This document shows, one piece after another, positions 9,466-18,380 of a stretch of 38,778 nucleotides of DNA (position 1 is its first letter; each line of letters opens with the position of its first letter). The translations under genes were made by a program, and so were the position numbers. Source of the stretch: a virus (lineage: Duplodnaviria > Caudoviricetes); the IMG/VR virus record IMGVR_UViG_3300044987_002418, positions 1-38,778 of that record. One strand, given 5' to 3'. The notes beneath the pieces were generated by a model. The model ran no database searches. It had not been told where the DNA came from and saw only the letters and a list, made by a program, of their open reading frames with translations.

Positions 9466-10260
9466 ATGAGTGAGAATCAAAATGTACCACAAGGTAGTGG
9501 TTATGGATATGATGAGTCAGAAGGACCAGAATCATCATCTTTTGTCTTTGGATTAAATTCAGGGAATGTGTTATTAACTAAGTTTGAATTTACTGCCAAT
9601 GGTGGTAAAGATGGAGCTGAAGCAGAGGCTATTGATATTGTTTTCAATATTGATGGTAAAGAGAAAAGTGCAAGAAAGTTTGCTATTAGTAAAGCTTTTG
9701 CAAAAGACCCTGTAACTAAAGCACAAATTGAAGTTACTGACCCAAATCATCCAGCTTTTAAACAAGCTCAAAATGAAATGAGTGCAGTATTAGTGCATAT
9801 TGTTGGTTGTTTTGTACCTAAAGAAGCTATCAAAGCTGCTTTATCAATTCAAATTCAAAGTTTTAAGCATTATTGTCATATTCTTGCACATCTTTTGCCT
9901 ACAAATTTTGCTACAATTAAGCTAGATGCTTTTGCACAATATCAATGGGGTATTTCAGGAGAAGCCAAAAGAACTTTCTTAGAATTTCCTAAGAATATGA
10001 AGCATGGTAGATGGTTATGTGTTCACATAGCCCCTGTAAATGCTTGGGAAAAACAACAAAAACTTAATGCAGGAGACTCAGAAACTGCTTTAAGATATGT
10101 TGATGCTGATGGAAATGTACACCCTTTCACAAGAAATGGTTGGTTTATGGCTTCTAATTTTGCTACAATGCAGAAAGAAGCTGAATCAGCAGGTGCATCT
10201 CAAATGAATGCAAGTGCTAGTACAACCACTGGTGCAGCTGTATCAGGAGATAACTGGTAG
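9466..10260 (+). CDS. Hypothetical protein, possible ssDNA-binding/recombination partner
   Basis: Lies between the Sak4-like ATPase and the primase. It has a beta-rich N-part and a flexible tail ending GDNW, as SSB tails do. Confidence 0.5.
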   Translation: MSENQNVPQGSGYGYDESEGPESSSFVFGLNSGNVLLTKFEFTANGGKDGAEAEAIDIVFNIDGKEKSARKFAISKAFAKDPVTKAQIEVTDPNHPAFKQAQNEMSAVLVHIVGCFVPKEAIKAALSIQIQSFKHYCHILAHLLPTNFATIKLDAFAQYQWGISGEAKRTFLEFPKNMKHGRWLCVHIAPVNAWEKQQKLNAGDSETALRYVDADGNVHPFTRNGWFMASNFATMQKEAESAGASQMNASASTTTGAAVSGDNW

Positions 10261-10275
10261 TATATAATTAAATTA

Positions 10276-10303
10276 AAAGGGAGTTATTAATTTAGCTCCC
10301 TTT
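10276..10303 (+). terminator. Rho-independent terminator
   Basis: AAAGGGAGTTA / TAGCTCCCTTT hairpin with a T-rich tail. Confidence 0.75.
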
Positions 10304-10326
10304 ACTTATCTTAATACTTTTGAAAG

Positions 10327-11355
10327 ATGGAAAAATATGGATATGTTGAAGGAACAAGTGCTTATTTGACTAAAGAAAATATTCTTGAGAGAATTTCTCA
10401 GGAGGATATTTTTAAAATGGTCTTTGGTTCTACTCCTGAAGAACATAAATACATTAAATCTCCTTTCAGAGAGGATAAAACTCCTGATTGTTATTTTGAA
10501 TGGTATAAGGACATTTTATATTTTATTGATTGGGCAGAAGCCACAAAAAGAAAACATAGAGATTGTTTTAATGCTATTCAAGATACTTATGGGGTTAGTT
10601 TTTTTAAATCATTGGAAATAATTGCTACTAACATAGCAACAAGTACAGTGATAAAACCTCCTAGTATTAAAAGAGAGATTACCCAGAATGAAAAGGTAAA
10701 TAAAGATATTCCATTTAAAGCTAGAGCATTTAATAATGCTAAAGATAGAGAATTTTGGAGTGGATATGGTATAACCAAAGCCAATTTAATGGAAGATGAA
10801 GTCTTCCCTGTAATATGGTATAAAATTTTTTCAAAAAGATTCAAGACATATGTTGTCATTAGACCTAATACAAGGTCTTATATTATAGGAAATTTTGGAG
10901 AGAGAATTAAAATTTATACCCCTGATATTGTAGGGCAAGGAAAATGGGTTACAAATTGTAATCAAAATGATATAGGAGGAAATAGTTCTCTTATAACTTC
11001 GGGACCTTTATTAGTAATTACTAAATCTTATAAAGATTATAGAGTACTTAAAAATCAAGGATTAGAAGTAAGATGGTTTCAAAATGAAGGTCAAAAACCT
11101 TGTGAAGAATATCTCCTAAATCTAGTAGGAGGCTTTGAAAAAGTAGTAGTTTTTTATGACAATGATAACACTGGCATAAAGGCTTCAGCAGAAATTGCTG
11201 AATATATTAATACTATTTATCCAAATAAAGCAATATCTCTGAGTTTACCAATAAAACTATTAAAAGAGAACATATCAGACCCTTCAGATTTATACAAAAT
11301 CAAAGGGGAAGAAGAGTTACAAAAATTTCTAAGAAAAAATAAATTAATAACTTAA
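10327..11355 (+). CDS. DNA primase (N-terminal Zn-binding-like region plus Toprim)
   Basis: SPFREDKTPDC, ITKSYKD, Toprim YDNDNTG and DPSDL. Confidence 0.87.
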   Translation: MEKYGYVEGTSAYLTKENILERISQEDIFKMVFGSTPEEHKYIKSPFREDKTPDCYFEWYKDILYFIDWAEATKRKHRDCFNAIQDTYGVSFFKSLEIIATNIATSTVIKPPSIKREITQNEKVNKDIPFKARAFNNAKDREFWSGYGITKANLMEDEVFPVIWYKIFSKRFKTYVVIRPNTRSYIIGNFGERIKIYTPDIVGQGKWVTNCNQNDIGGNSSLITSGPLLVITKSYKDYRVLKNQGLEVRWFQNEGQKPCEEYLLNLVGGFEKVVVFYDNDNTGIKASAEIAEYINTIYPNKAISLSLPIKLLKENISDPSDLYKIKGEEELQKFLRKNKLIT

Positions 11356-11366
11356 AAATAATCAAG

Positions 11367-12254
11367 ATGATTGTAAAAGTTTATTCTACCCAAATGGGAG
11401 AAAAGAGTGTAGAAACCAGTGCCACAACTTGGGGTCAACTACAAAATGATTTGAATAGAGAAGGGATTACCTATAATGGTATGAAATCAGTAATTGGAGA
11501 GTCTAAATTAACTCTTGAAGCTGATGCTGCAATATTGCCAACTACAGGTTTTACTTTGTTTCTTATGCCAAAGAAAACTAAAGCAGGTGCTGATATTAAT
11601 ACTATTGGTTACAAAGAACTTAGAGCTGAAATTTGTACTATTCTTAGTGCAACAGGTGGAGAAAATGCTAAAGCTCACTTTAATGTGGGAAAGAATTATA
11701 CCACTAAGGGGACTGAGGAACTTAGAGGGTTATTGGCAACTTGGAAAGGAATTACTTTAGTTCCTGTTGAAGCACCAGCTAAAAAGAAAAAAGCTACTTC
11801 TGCTAAAAACAGTAGACCTAAACCTACTAGACAAATGGTAGAAAAAGTAGAAGCTGTTGTTGAATCTGTAAAGGAATCCAAAGAAGAAGTTGAAGATATG
11901 CAAGTATTTGCTTCTGATACAGATACTGTTATAGAAATTAAATCTCCTCTTGCTTGTTCTTTTTCTGCAATTTTAGTTGCAATAGATTCTATAGTTTTTC
12001 CAGAAATTCTTGAAGAAGATTTTGTTAAAAGTATTAAAGAAGAAATTGATGTAATGAAAAGTCATGCGTTAAGTCTTGAAGATGCTGTTAATCTTAAAGT
12101 AGAGAGTCTTTTAAAAGAAAAAGAAATAGCAGAAGCTAAAGCTAAAGAAGAAGAAGAAGCTAGACAAATTCTTGCTGAAGAAAAAAGACATGATGAAGAA
12201 ATTCTTAAAAATCAGGAAGCTGAAATGAGAAGAATGTTTGGAGATGTTCAATAA
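11367..12254 (+). CDS. Ubiquitin-like (beta-grasp) domain fused to a helical domain and coiled-coil tail
   Basis: Residues 1-74 follow a beta-beta-alpha-beta-beta pattern (IVKVY / SVET / TWGQLQNDL / SVIG / LP / FTLFLM) and end KKTKAG. The gene is directly upstream of E2/JAB/E1-like genes. Confidence 0.7.
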   Translation: MIVKVYSTQMGEKSVETSATTWGQLQNDLNREGITYNGMKSVIGESKLTLEADAAILPTTGFTLFLMPKKTKAGADINTIGYKELRAEICTILSATGGENAKAHFNVGKNYTTKGTEELRGLLATWKGITLVPVEAPAKKKKATSAKNSRPKPTRQMVEKVEAVVESVKESKEEVEDMQVFASDTDTVIEIKSPLACSFSAILVAIDSIVFPEILEEDFVKSIKEEIDVMKSHALSLEDAVNLKVESLLKEKEIAEAKAKEEEEARQILAEEKRHDEEILKNQEAEMRRMFGDVQ

Positions 12255-12276
12255 ATAATTGACCAATAATTAATAT

Positions 12277-12308
12277 AAAAGTCAGGATATTATGTATCCT
12301 GACTTTTT
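12277..12308 (+). terminator. Terminator/attenuator hairpin between the Ubl and E2-like genes
   Basis: 13-bp perfect stem AAAAGTCAGGATA / TATCCTGACTTTT with a T tail. Confidence 0.8.
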
Positions 12309-12320
12309 AATTTAAATAAA

Positions 12321-13508
12321 ATGGATAAAATAGAAAAATATCTAACAGCAATAAATCGTAAAACAACAGAAGAAAAAATTCTTTTAGTTACAAATCTAGT
12401 TTTAAGAGATAGGTTAGCTTTTAGTGATATAATCACAATAAATATGTCTTCTATTATGGAACAATTACAATATGTTTTTCCTAATAGATGGGACATTCAG
12501 TTTGAAAGATGCTTTGCAATTAAAGATAAAATAGTATTAAAAGCTGAATTTGTAATTCATTTTCCTAAAATTGTAATCAGTAATTCAGAAGAAATGAAGC
12601 ATACTATACACGATTTATACATTAAATTGCAAAGTATACAAGCTTACAATGGAGTAGGAATAACTTTTGATGATTTCAAAGGAAAAAGAATGACAGTAAC
12701 AGATGAAGAAGTGTTGTCTAAATATCAACATAGTCATCTACCCAGTAGACCTTACACTGAAATAAAAAAGACAAGAGAAGCAAGTAAATTTTCTAGTTAT
12801 GGACAAACAGGAGATTCAAATGCTGTTTTTACATATAGAAATTTCTGTAAAGGGTCTAGTGAAATTAATCAAATCTTATCAATGTTATCTAGCAGATATG
12901 ATTCCAACATCTTTAAGATGTTTCTATTACAATTGGACTTGTATGTACAATGGGAATCTATTGAGGGAAGACCTCATATCTATATGAAATATGTTTCAGG
13001 TAGGGCTGAAATAAATCATCCTTCTTCTTATAAACAACAAGAGTTTTATGATTATTTGCCTTTATGGGAAATGAATATCAATTTTAAAGTAGAAAATGGA
13101 GAAATTAAAGTTATAGATAACAATAAATTTGAAGACTTTCTAAAATATAAAGGAGATGTTTCTGGAGTATACCCTGTAGATATTAGGAATACATTATGTA
13201 TCAAAGATGAAAAAGGAAATTATTACAGTAGAAGAAGTTTACCTACTGAATTTCCTGATGCTTTATTAGACCCAGTAGAAGAATTGAATACAATTAGTTG
13301 GTATTTCAAAGGAGAATTAATAGAATTTAAAGTAATATATCAATCAGAAGAAGAAAGAGCATTAAATGCAGAAAAACCTTTTTTTATTCACAAAGACTTA
13401 AAAGAATATGCAAAATCAAGAATTGAACAAACCATTAAAACCCAGAGATTTAGATGTTATATCTCTGAGCAATTGTCCAAAGCTAATAATCCCACAAGAA
13501 GTATCTAA
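12321..13508 (+). CDS. Putative divergent prokaryotic E2 (Ubl-conjugating) enzyme
   Basis: IHFP, YQHSHL (HPN-equivalent), NFCKG (Cys176) followed by helices and WESIEG. It sits between Ubl and JAB. The fold is inferred. Confidence 0.6.
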   Translation: MDKIEKYLTAINRKTTEEKILLVTNLVLRDRLAFSDIITINMSSIMEQLQYVFPNRWDIQFERCFAIKDKIVLKAEFVIHFPKIVISNSEEMKHTIHDLYIKLQSIQAYNGVGITFDDFKGKRMTVTDEEVLSKYQHSHLPSRPYTEIKKTREASKFSSYGQTGDSNAVFTYRNFCKGSSEINQILSMLSSRYDSNIFKMFLLQLDLYVQWESIEGRPHIYMKYVSGRAEINHPSSYKQQEFYDYLPLWEMNINFKVENGEIKVIDNNKFEDFLKYKGDVSGVYPVDIRNTLCIKDEKGNYYSRRSLPTEFPDALLDPVEELNTISWYFKGELIEFKVIYQSEEERALNAEKPFFIHKDLKEYAKSRIEQTIKTQRFRCYISEQLSKANNPTRSI

Positions 13509-14619
13509 TAAGATAAAACTTCTTTGTGGTAAAATCAGTTTAGTAGAGTGGTCAGGAGTATTATTTTACTCTGTAAAAGGCAGTATTAAACAATTTGACA
13601 AAGTTGAATTTACTATAGAAGATATTTATCCTATGAATAAAGGAACTAAAGCATATACAGAATATGATTTAGATGATGACCTTATTGACTATAGAATGAA
13701 TAATCCTCAAAGTTTAGGGTGGAAGATTGGTATGGTACATAGTCACAATAGTATGAAATCTTACTTCTCAGGGACAGATATGTCTGAGTTGAATGATAAC
13801 TCAGAGTTTCATAATTATTATCTCTCATTGATTGTAAACAACTTTGAAGAAATGGTAGCTAAAGTTGCTTTCAGAGGAAATGTCAAAGGTTATGAATGTA
13901 AAGATGAAACAGGAAAAAATTGGAACTTAAACCTAAAGAATACAAAACAAATAATGTTCACTTTTGATTGTGATATTGTAGTAAAGGAAGAGTTACCTTT
14001 TGTTGAAAATTCTTTTTCTGATAGGCTTGAAGAGATTATACAAAAAGCAGAAGAGAAAGAAGAACTAGCTAGGCTTAAAAGTATAAAAAGTTATCCTACC
14101 ACACATACAAGTGCTTTTGGAAATGTTATTCCAGCTAAGAATCCATATGAAGCAGGACCAAATGGAGCTGATGCTTTTCTAGCAAATAGAAAATTTATAT
14201 CAGATGATGATTGGTTTGATTCAAAACAATTAAAACTTGATGATTTTGATACACCTCCTATCACTAATAGAGATGTATCTAAAATGTCTCACGAAGAAAA
14301 ATTAGCTGATTTTACAGCTTTTATCTTGAGATTAGGTCACGAGTCTCCTTTAATTTCCAACACTCCTGAATCAGCTTTAGAAGATTTAGATGCAGGCAAA
14401 GTAAATACATTTGAGTTTACTGCAAAGTTTCTTAATATGTACCCAGCTTTATTTGAACAATATTGGGATGGATTTGGACAAATTGATACAGACTTCTTTA
14501 GATTAGTTACAGAAGATGTAATGGAAATACTAGAAGAATCTTTTGATACTCATGAAGTAATAGAACATCTTCTTAGTGGACTGAATATAATGTTGAACAG
14601 ATTAATAGCATTATCATAA
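13408..14619 (+). CDS. JAB/MPN+ (JAMM) metallopeptidase with long acidic C-terminal extension
   Basis: Exact JAMM motif: E47 (VEWSG) and HSHNSMKSYFSGTD = H-x-H-x7-S-x2-D. Confidence 0.9.
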   Translation: MQNQELNKPLKPRDLDVISLSNCPKLIIPQEVSNKIKLLCGKISLVEWSGVLFYSVKGSIKQFDKVEFTIEDIYPMNKGTKAYTEYDLDDDLIDYRMNNPQSLGWKIGMVHSHNSMKSYFSGTDMSELNDNSEFHNYYLSLIVNNFEEMVAKVAFRGNVKGYECKDETGKNWNLNLKNTKQIMFTFDCDIVVKEELPFVENSFSDRLEEIIQKAEEKEELARLKSIKSYPTTHTSAFGNVIPAKNPYEAGPNGADAFLANRKFISDDDWFDSKQLKLDDFDTPPITNRDVSKMSHEEKLADFTAFILRLGHESPLISNTPESALEDLDAGKVNTFEFTAKFLNMYPALFEQYWDGFGQIDTDFFRLVTEDVMEILEESFDTHEVIEHLLSGLNIMLNRLIALS

Positions 14620-15293
14620 TGGATGCAATACAAATAAGAGGAAGATTCAAGGATGCACCTTGGTTTCCTAAAGAACCCACCACCTGTATAATAGGTGGTG
14701 CAGGTGGAATTGGCAGTTGGCTATCATTTTTGTTAGCCAGAACAGGATATTTTCCTTTAGTTTATGACTTTGACACAGTTGAAGTTCATAATATGGGAGG
14801 TCAATTATTCAGTAAAAAACATATAGGAATGGATAAAGTGGAAGCTGTGAGAGAAATGATATTAGAATTTTCTGATATGGATGTTATGGTTTTTAATGAA
14901 AAGTATGATGAAAATGGGATGACTTCTCCTTATATGTTTTCTGCTTTTGATAATATGGAAGCCAGAAAAGTAATGTTTAAAAGATGGAGAGAAGATAATA
15001 CAGAAAATCCTTTTGCTATATTTATTGATGGAAGATTGCTTATGGAGCAGATGCAGATTTTTTGTGTTACCAATGAAACTGCTGATGAATATGAAAGAGA
15101 CCATTTATTTGATGACTCTGTAGTAATGGCAGAAAACTGTACACTAAAACAAACTTCACATTCAGCCTCTATGATAGCAAGTTTAATGATTGGTTTCTTT
15201 ACTAATCATATGACCAATGTCTTAGCAGTAACAAAAGTAAGAGATGTGCCATTTATGTATGAATATTTCATACCATTAAATATGGTATCATAA
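14619..15293 (+). CDS. ThiF/MoeB/E1-family adenylating enzyme
   Basis: GAGGIGS, DFDTVEVHNMGGQ, G-x-x-K (IGMDKV), DNMEAR, IDGR and candidate catalytic Cys174 (ENCT). Confidence 0.92.
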   Translation: MDAIQIRGRFKDAPWFPKEPTTCIIGGAGGIGSWLSFLLARTGYFPLVYDFDTVEVHNMGGQLFSKKHIGMDKVEAVREMILEFSDMDVMVFNEKYDENGMTSPYMFSAFDNMEARKVMFKRWREDNTENPFAIFIDGRLLMEQMQIFCVTNETADEYERDHLFDDSVVMAENCTLKQTSHSASMIASLMIGFFTNHMTNVLAVTKVRDVPFMYEYFIPLNMVS

Positions 15294-15973
15294 TGAGAAG
15301 TCAACTTTTAAATTTTCAAGTAAATGATAATTTCAAATACTTAAAAGAAAATTCTATAGCAATTGGAGCAATATTAGAATGGTATCAAGGAGAAGGATTA
15401 TCTATTGACAATGATTACTTTCCATTGTTTTCTGTTAAAATTAATAAGACAGTTTATAATAAGAAAGTTATTAATTATGGTATTCCTAAAGGAACTGAAG
15501 ATAGTAGAGATGAGGGATACCCTTATAGAACTTATCCACGTTTTTTTAATGCATTATATAATAACAGTTTACCAAAGGCTTTTAAAACTGCTACAATGAC
15601 TTATAACCTTTTTGTATTTAAAGGGTGTATTTATGAGTTAATTAATGACATGCCAAATATTCTATTTATGGTAGGGATAAAAACAAGTCATATTCCTAAT
15701 CTTGGACAAGATTTAAATGCAGAAAAAACTGAAAACTATGCTTTATTGTTTTCTCTTGATTTTGCTACTAAACCAAAGTACAAGAATGTATACAAGAAAG
15801 TCTATGATACTATTGCTCCTATGCACTTAAAAGAAGGTGTGGAAGTGATAATAACTAAAGACATAGTAAAAAGATACTTTAAAAATAATGTTGCAATTCC
15901 TAAATTTAGGAATATAACAGAACTTCAAGAGTATCTTAATTCGTTTAATAAAAAAATAATAGATGGAATCTAA
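15293..15973 (+). CDS. Hypothetical protein translationally coupled to E1
   Basis: TAATG overlap; 226 aa; no motif recognised. Confidence 0.7.
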   Translation: MRSQLLNFQVNDNFKYLKENSIAIGAILEWYQGEGLSIDNDYFPLFSVKINKTVYNKKVINYGIPKGTEDSRDEGYPYRTYPRFFNALYNNSLPKAFKTATMTYNLFVFKGCIYELINDMPNILFMVGIKTSHIPNLGQDLNAEKTENYALLFSLDFATKPKYKNVYKKVYDTIAPMHLKEGVEVIITKDIVKRYFKNNVAIPKFRNITELQEYLNSFNKKIIDGI

Positions 15974-16418
15974 TGAAGAAGAAAATTTAGAGGAACAAAA
16001 ACCTGAAAGAAGAGTAAGAAGTCAAGGTGCAAGAAACAGACAAAATGGGCATATTCTCGAAAGATATTATGCTAATTTTTTCAGAGACTTGCACCCTAGA
16101 TTTGAAAAATGCAAAACATCAAGACAGGCTTCAGCCTTGTTAGATGCTTCAGGAGTAGATTTATGCTTTACTGACCCCTTCTGTTTCCAAATTAAACATG
16201 GTAAACAGAAAGGGCTTAAAGTTGAGGTAGAACTAGAAAAGATTAAACTAGGATTAACAAAGAACTTTCCTGCTCATTATCCTGAGCAACAAAATATGAA
16301 AGTTCTAATTCACAAAAAGGATATTGGGCAAGGTAAAAAAGGAAGTGAATTTGATGAAATAGTCAGTATGACTTTTAAAGATTTTATTAAACTAATAAAA
16401 ATGATTAATTATGATTAG
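15963..16418 (+). CDS. Holliday junction resolvase-like PD-(D/E)xK nuclease
   Basis: RNRQNGHILER...GVDL...FQIKH pattern of Hjc-like resolvases. Confidence 0.7.
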   Translation: MESNEEENLEEQKPERRVRSQGARNRQNGHILERYYANFFRDLHPRFEKCKTSRQASALLDASGVDLCFTDPFCFQIKHGKQKGLKVEVELEKIKLGLTKNFPAHYPEQQNMKVLIHKKDIGQGKKGSEFDEIVSMTFKDFIKLIKMINYD

Positions 16419-17547
16419 ATATGGCAATCCACAAGAAGTGGAAGAGTACTTTGCTGATGGTTCTGTGAGCCAATCCTATTTAAAACTACTTATTAAAGGA
16501 GTTGATTATTTAGAAAGAGATGAGAAGAAGTTATACTATGAAGAGAAAGGACATTTTGTTATTGGCTCTGCAGTAGATGTCTGGCTTACTCAAGGAAAAG
16601 AAAATTATGATTTACAATTCTTTTCATTTGAAGGGAAGAAACCTTCAGATACCATAATGAGTATTGTGCAACAAGTATTTGATAGTGCTTGTTTTGATGA
16701 CAATGCTCCTGAAGGAGATATTCATCAATATGTAGCTTATACATTAGAAGCTATTATGGTACATGCTTATCAACCAAATTGGAAAGAAGAGACTAGAGTA
16801 AATAAAATAATGGAAGGTGGATTTGAATACTTTGAACAACTTAAGTTGGCTTATGGTAAACAGATTCTTAGTTCTATTGAAACAACTCTAGTACAGAATA
16901 TAGTAATGTCTTTGGAAACAGGAAAATATACTAATAAGTATTTTAAATCTGCTTCTCATATTGATATTTATCATCAAGTGCCTATTTACTTTACTTTTGG
17001 AGGAGTTCTTTGTAAAGCTTTATTAGATAAAGTATTCATTGATAGAGAAACACAAATAATTTTTCCTATTGATATTAAAACTATGGGGGCAAATACAGTT
17101 GAATTTCCTTATGCTGTAAAAAGCAGAGGATATAATATTCAAGCTTCTTTCTACACTGAAGCTCTTTATGCATTAAGAGTAGGACAAGCAACTTGTCCAG
17201 TTGATATGAATATAAATGAAAATTATTCTGTAGCTGATTTTATATTTTTAGTTGAAACAACTGTACATAAAACTAATGCCATTACTGGAGAAACCAGATA
17301 TAATACTGGTAAACCTATTTCTTTTATACTTAGCCCTAACCAATTAAACCTTGGTAAATTTGGAAGACCTGCTCTATTAGTAACAGGAATTACACCTAAA
17401 TATGCCCTAAAAAGTCAAGAGCTTATACATCATAAACCTATAAAAGGTTTTATAGATGCTTTAGCTTTATACGTATGGCATCAAGAAAATGGCTTTGAGT
17501 ATGACAAAGAGACAGTTGAAAGTGATGGACTAATACTAATAGAGTAA
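16411..17547 (+). CDS. PD-(D/E)xK exonuclease (RecE/ExoVIII-like)
   Basis: SQSYLK, GSAVD, KALLDKV...IDIKT and YNIQASFY. Confidence 0.8.
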   Translation: MIRYGNPQEVEEYFADGSVSQSYLKLLIKGVDYLERDEKKLYYEEKGHFVIGSAVDVWLTQGKENYDLQFFSFEGKKPSDTIMSIVQQVFDSACFDDNAPEGDIHQYVAYTLEAIMVHAYQPNWKEETRVNKIMEGGFEYFEQLKLAYGKQILSSIETTLVQNIVMSLETGKYTNKYFKSASHIDIYHQVPIYFTFGGVLCKALLDKVFIDRETQIIFPIDIKTMGANTVEFPYAVKSRGYNIQASFYTEALYALRVGQATCPVDMNINENYSVADFIFLVETTVHKTNAITGETRYNTGKPISFILSPNQLNLGKFGRPALLVTGITPKYALKSQELIHHKPIKGFIDALALYVWHQENGFEYDKETVESDGLILIE

Positions 17548-18122
17548 TGAAGGTACAACTAGGAACAATTTACAGAAATAAAACTAAAAAGTATTTACTT
17601 CCTTGTTTGAAATCTTATGGAGAGGTTTTTGAAGATAAAATCAGAAACCTCTTTAAATTAGGGATTGGAATTGGAGATTTTTCTCTAACAGAAATAGGAA
17701 TTAACTTAAATGAACATATTTTTATCTTGGTAGATACAAATTTATCAAGATTAAGTTTTAAATCTACAATGAATTGGCTTAAATTGCAAGACTATTTTGG
17801 TTTTGATTATGCTTTTGATGATTTGCATTTAGGTCATTTACATATGATAGCTATTCAAATACCAAAAGATTATAAAGGGGCTTATGCTAAATTCAAAACA
17901 AGTGAATTTAGTAAAATGTATGATTATGAGGCTCTAAATCAATTCTTTAAAGGAAGAGAAGAAGAACTCAAAGTCTTAGTAAAAGATGAAATGTATCAAA
18001 TAGATTTTGTAGCCATTATCAATAAAGAGTTCAACACAACTGTTGACCACTTAAGTTGGACAGGTGAACTAGATTTCACCCTTAAGCAAGAAGAAGAGTA
18101 TTTTCATAAATCAATTAAATAA
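17547..18122 (+). CDS. Hypothetical protein
   Basis: TAATG coupling; 191 aa. Confidence 0.7.
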   Translation: MKVQLGTIYRNKTKKYLLPCLKSYGEVFEDKIRNLFKLGIGIGDFSLTEIGINLNEHIFILVDTNLSRLSFKSTMNWLKLQDYFGFDYAFDDLHLGHLHMIAIQIPKDYKGAYAKFKTSEFSKMYDYEALNQFFKGREEELKVLVKDEMYQIDFVAIINKEFNTTVDHLSWTGELDFTLKQEEEYFHKSIK

Positions 18123-18128
18123 AAATGT

Positions 18129-18380
18129 ATGGTGTCTAAAATTAAGTTAAAAAAAGACTTCATTCTGCTAACAGAGAGACCCCCTAAAGAGGGGGCTTTC
18201 TTCACAGAAGGAGTTAAAGAATATGTTGGTACTATTGCCCATATTGGACCAAATGTAAGTAATTCTCAAATTGGGGATTTAGTCTACTTTGAAGAGTATG
18301 ACCATAGTGAGGTTATTATAGAGGGAATTACCTTTATAAAATGCAGGGAAGAAGCAATAATTTGTAAAATAGAAGCATAA
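18129..18380 (+). CDS. groES: Co-chaperonin GroES-like protein
   Basis: DFILL, GTIAHIGP, IGDLVYF and EEAIICKI; 83 aa; coupled to groEL. Confidence 0.8.
   Translation: MVSKIKLKKDFILLTERPPKEGAFFTEGVKEYVGTIAHIGPNVSNSQIGDLVYFEEYDHSEVIIEGITFIKCREEAIICKIEA

Noticed and set aside
10315-10322. TACTTTTG match to the Bacteroidota -7 promoter box before the primase
   Set aside because: It is only 4 nt from the ATG, has no clear -33 element and is likely by chance in AT-rich DNA.
14619-15293. ThiF as a thiamine/molybdopterin or microcin biosynthesis gene
   Set aside because: No ThiG/MoaE/rhodanese or precursor-transporter genes are nearby; the neighbours are JAB, E2-like and Ubl.
18178-18203. CCCCC-TAAAGA-GGGGG hairpin with T-rich tail inside groES
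   Set aside because: The stem is short, lies within coding sequence and is explainable by Pro-Pro-Lys-Glu-Gly codons.
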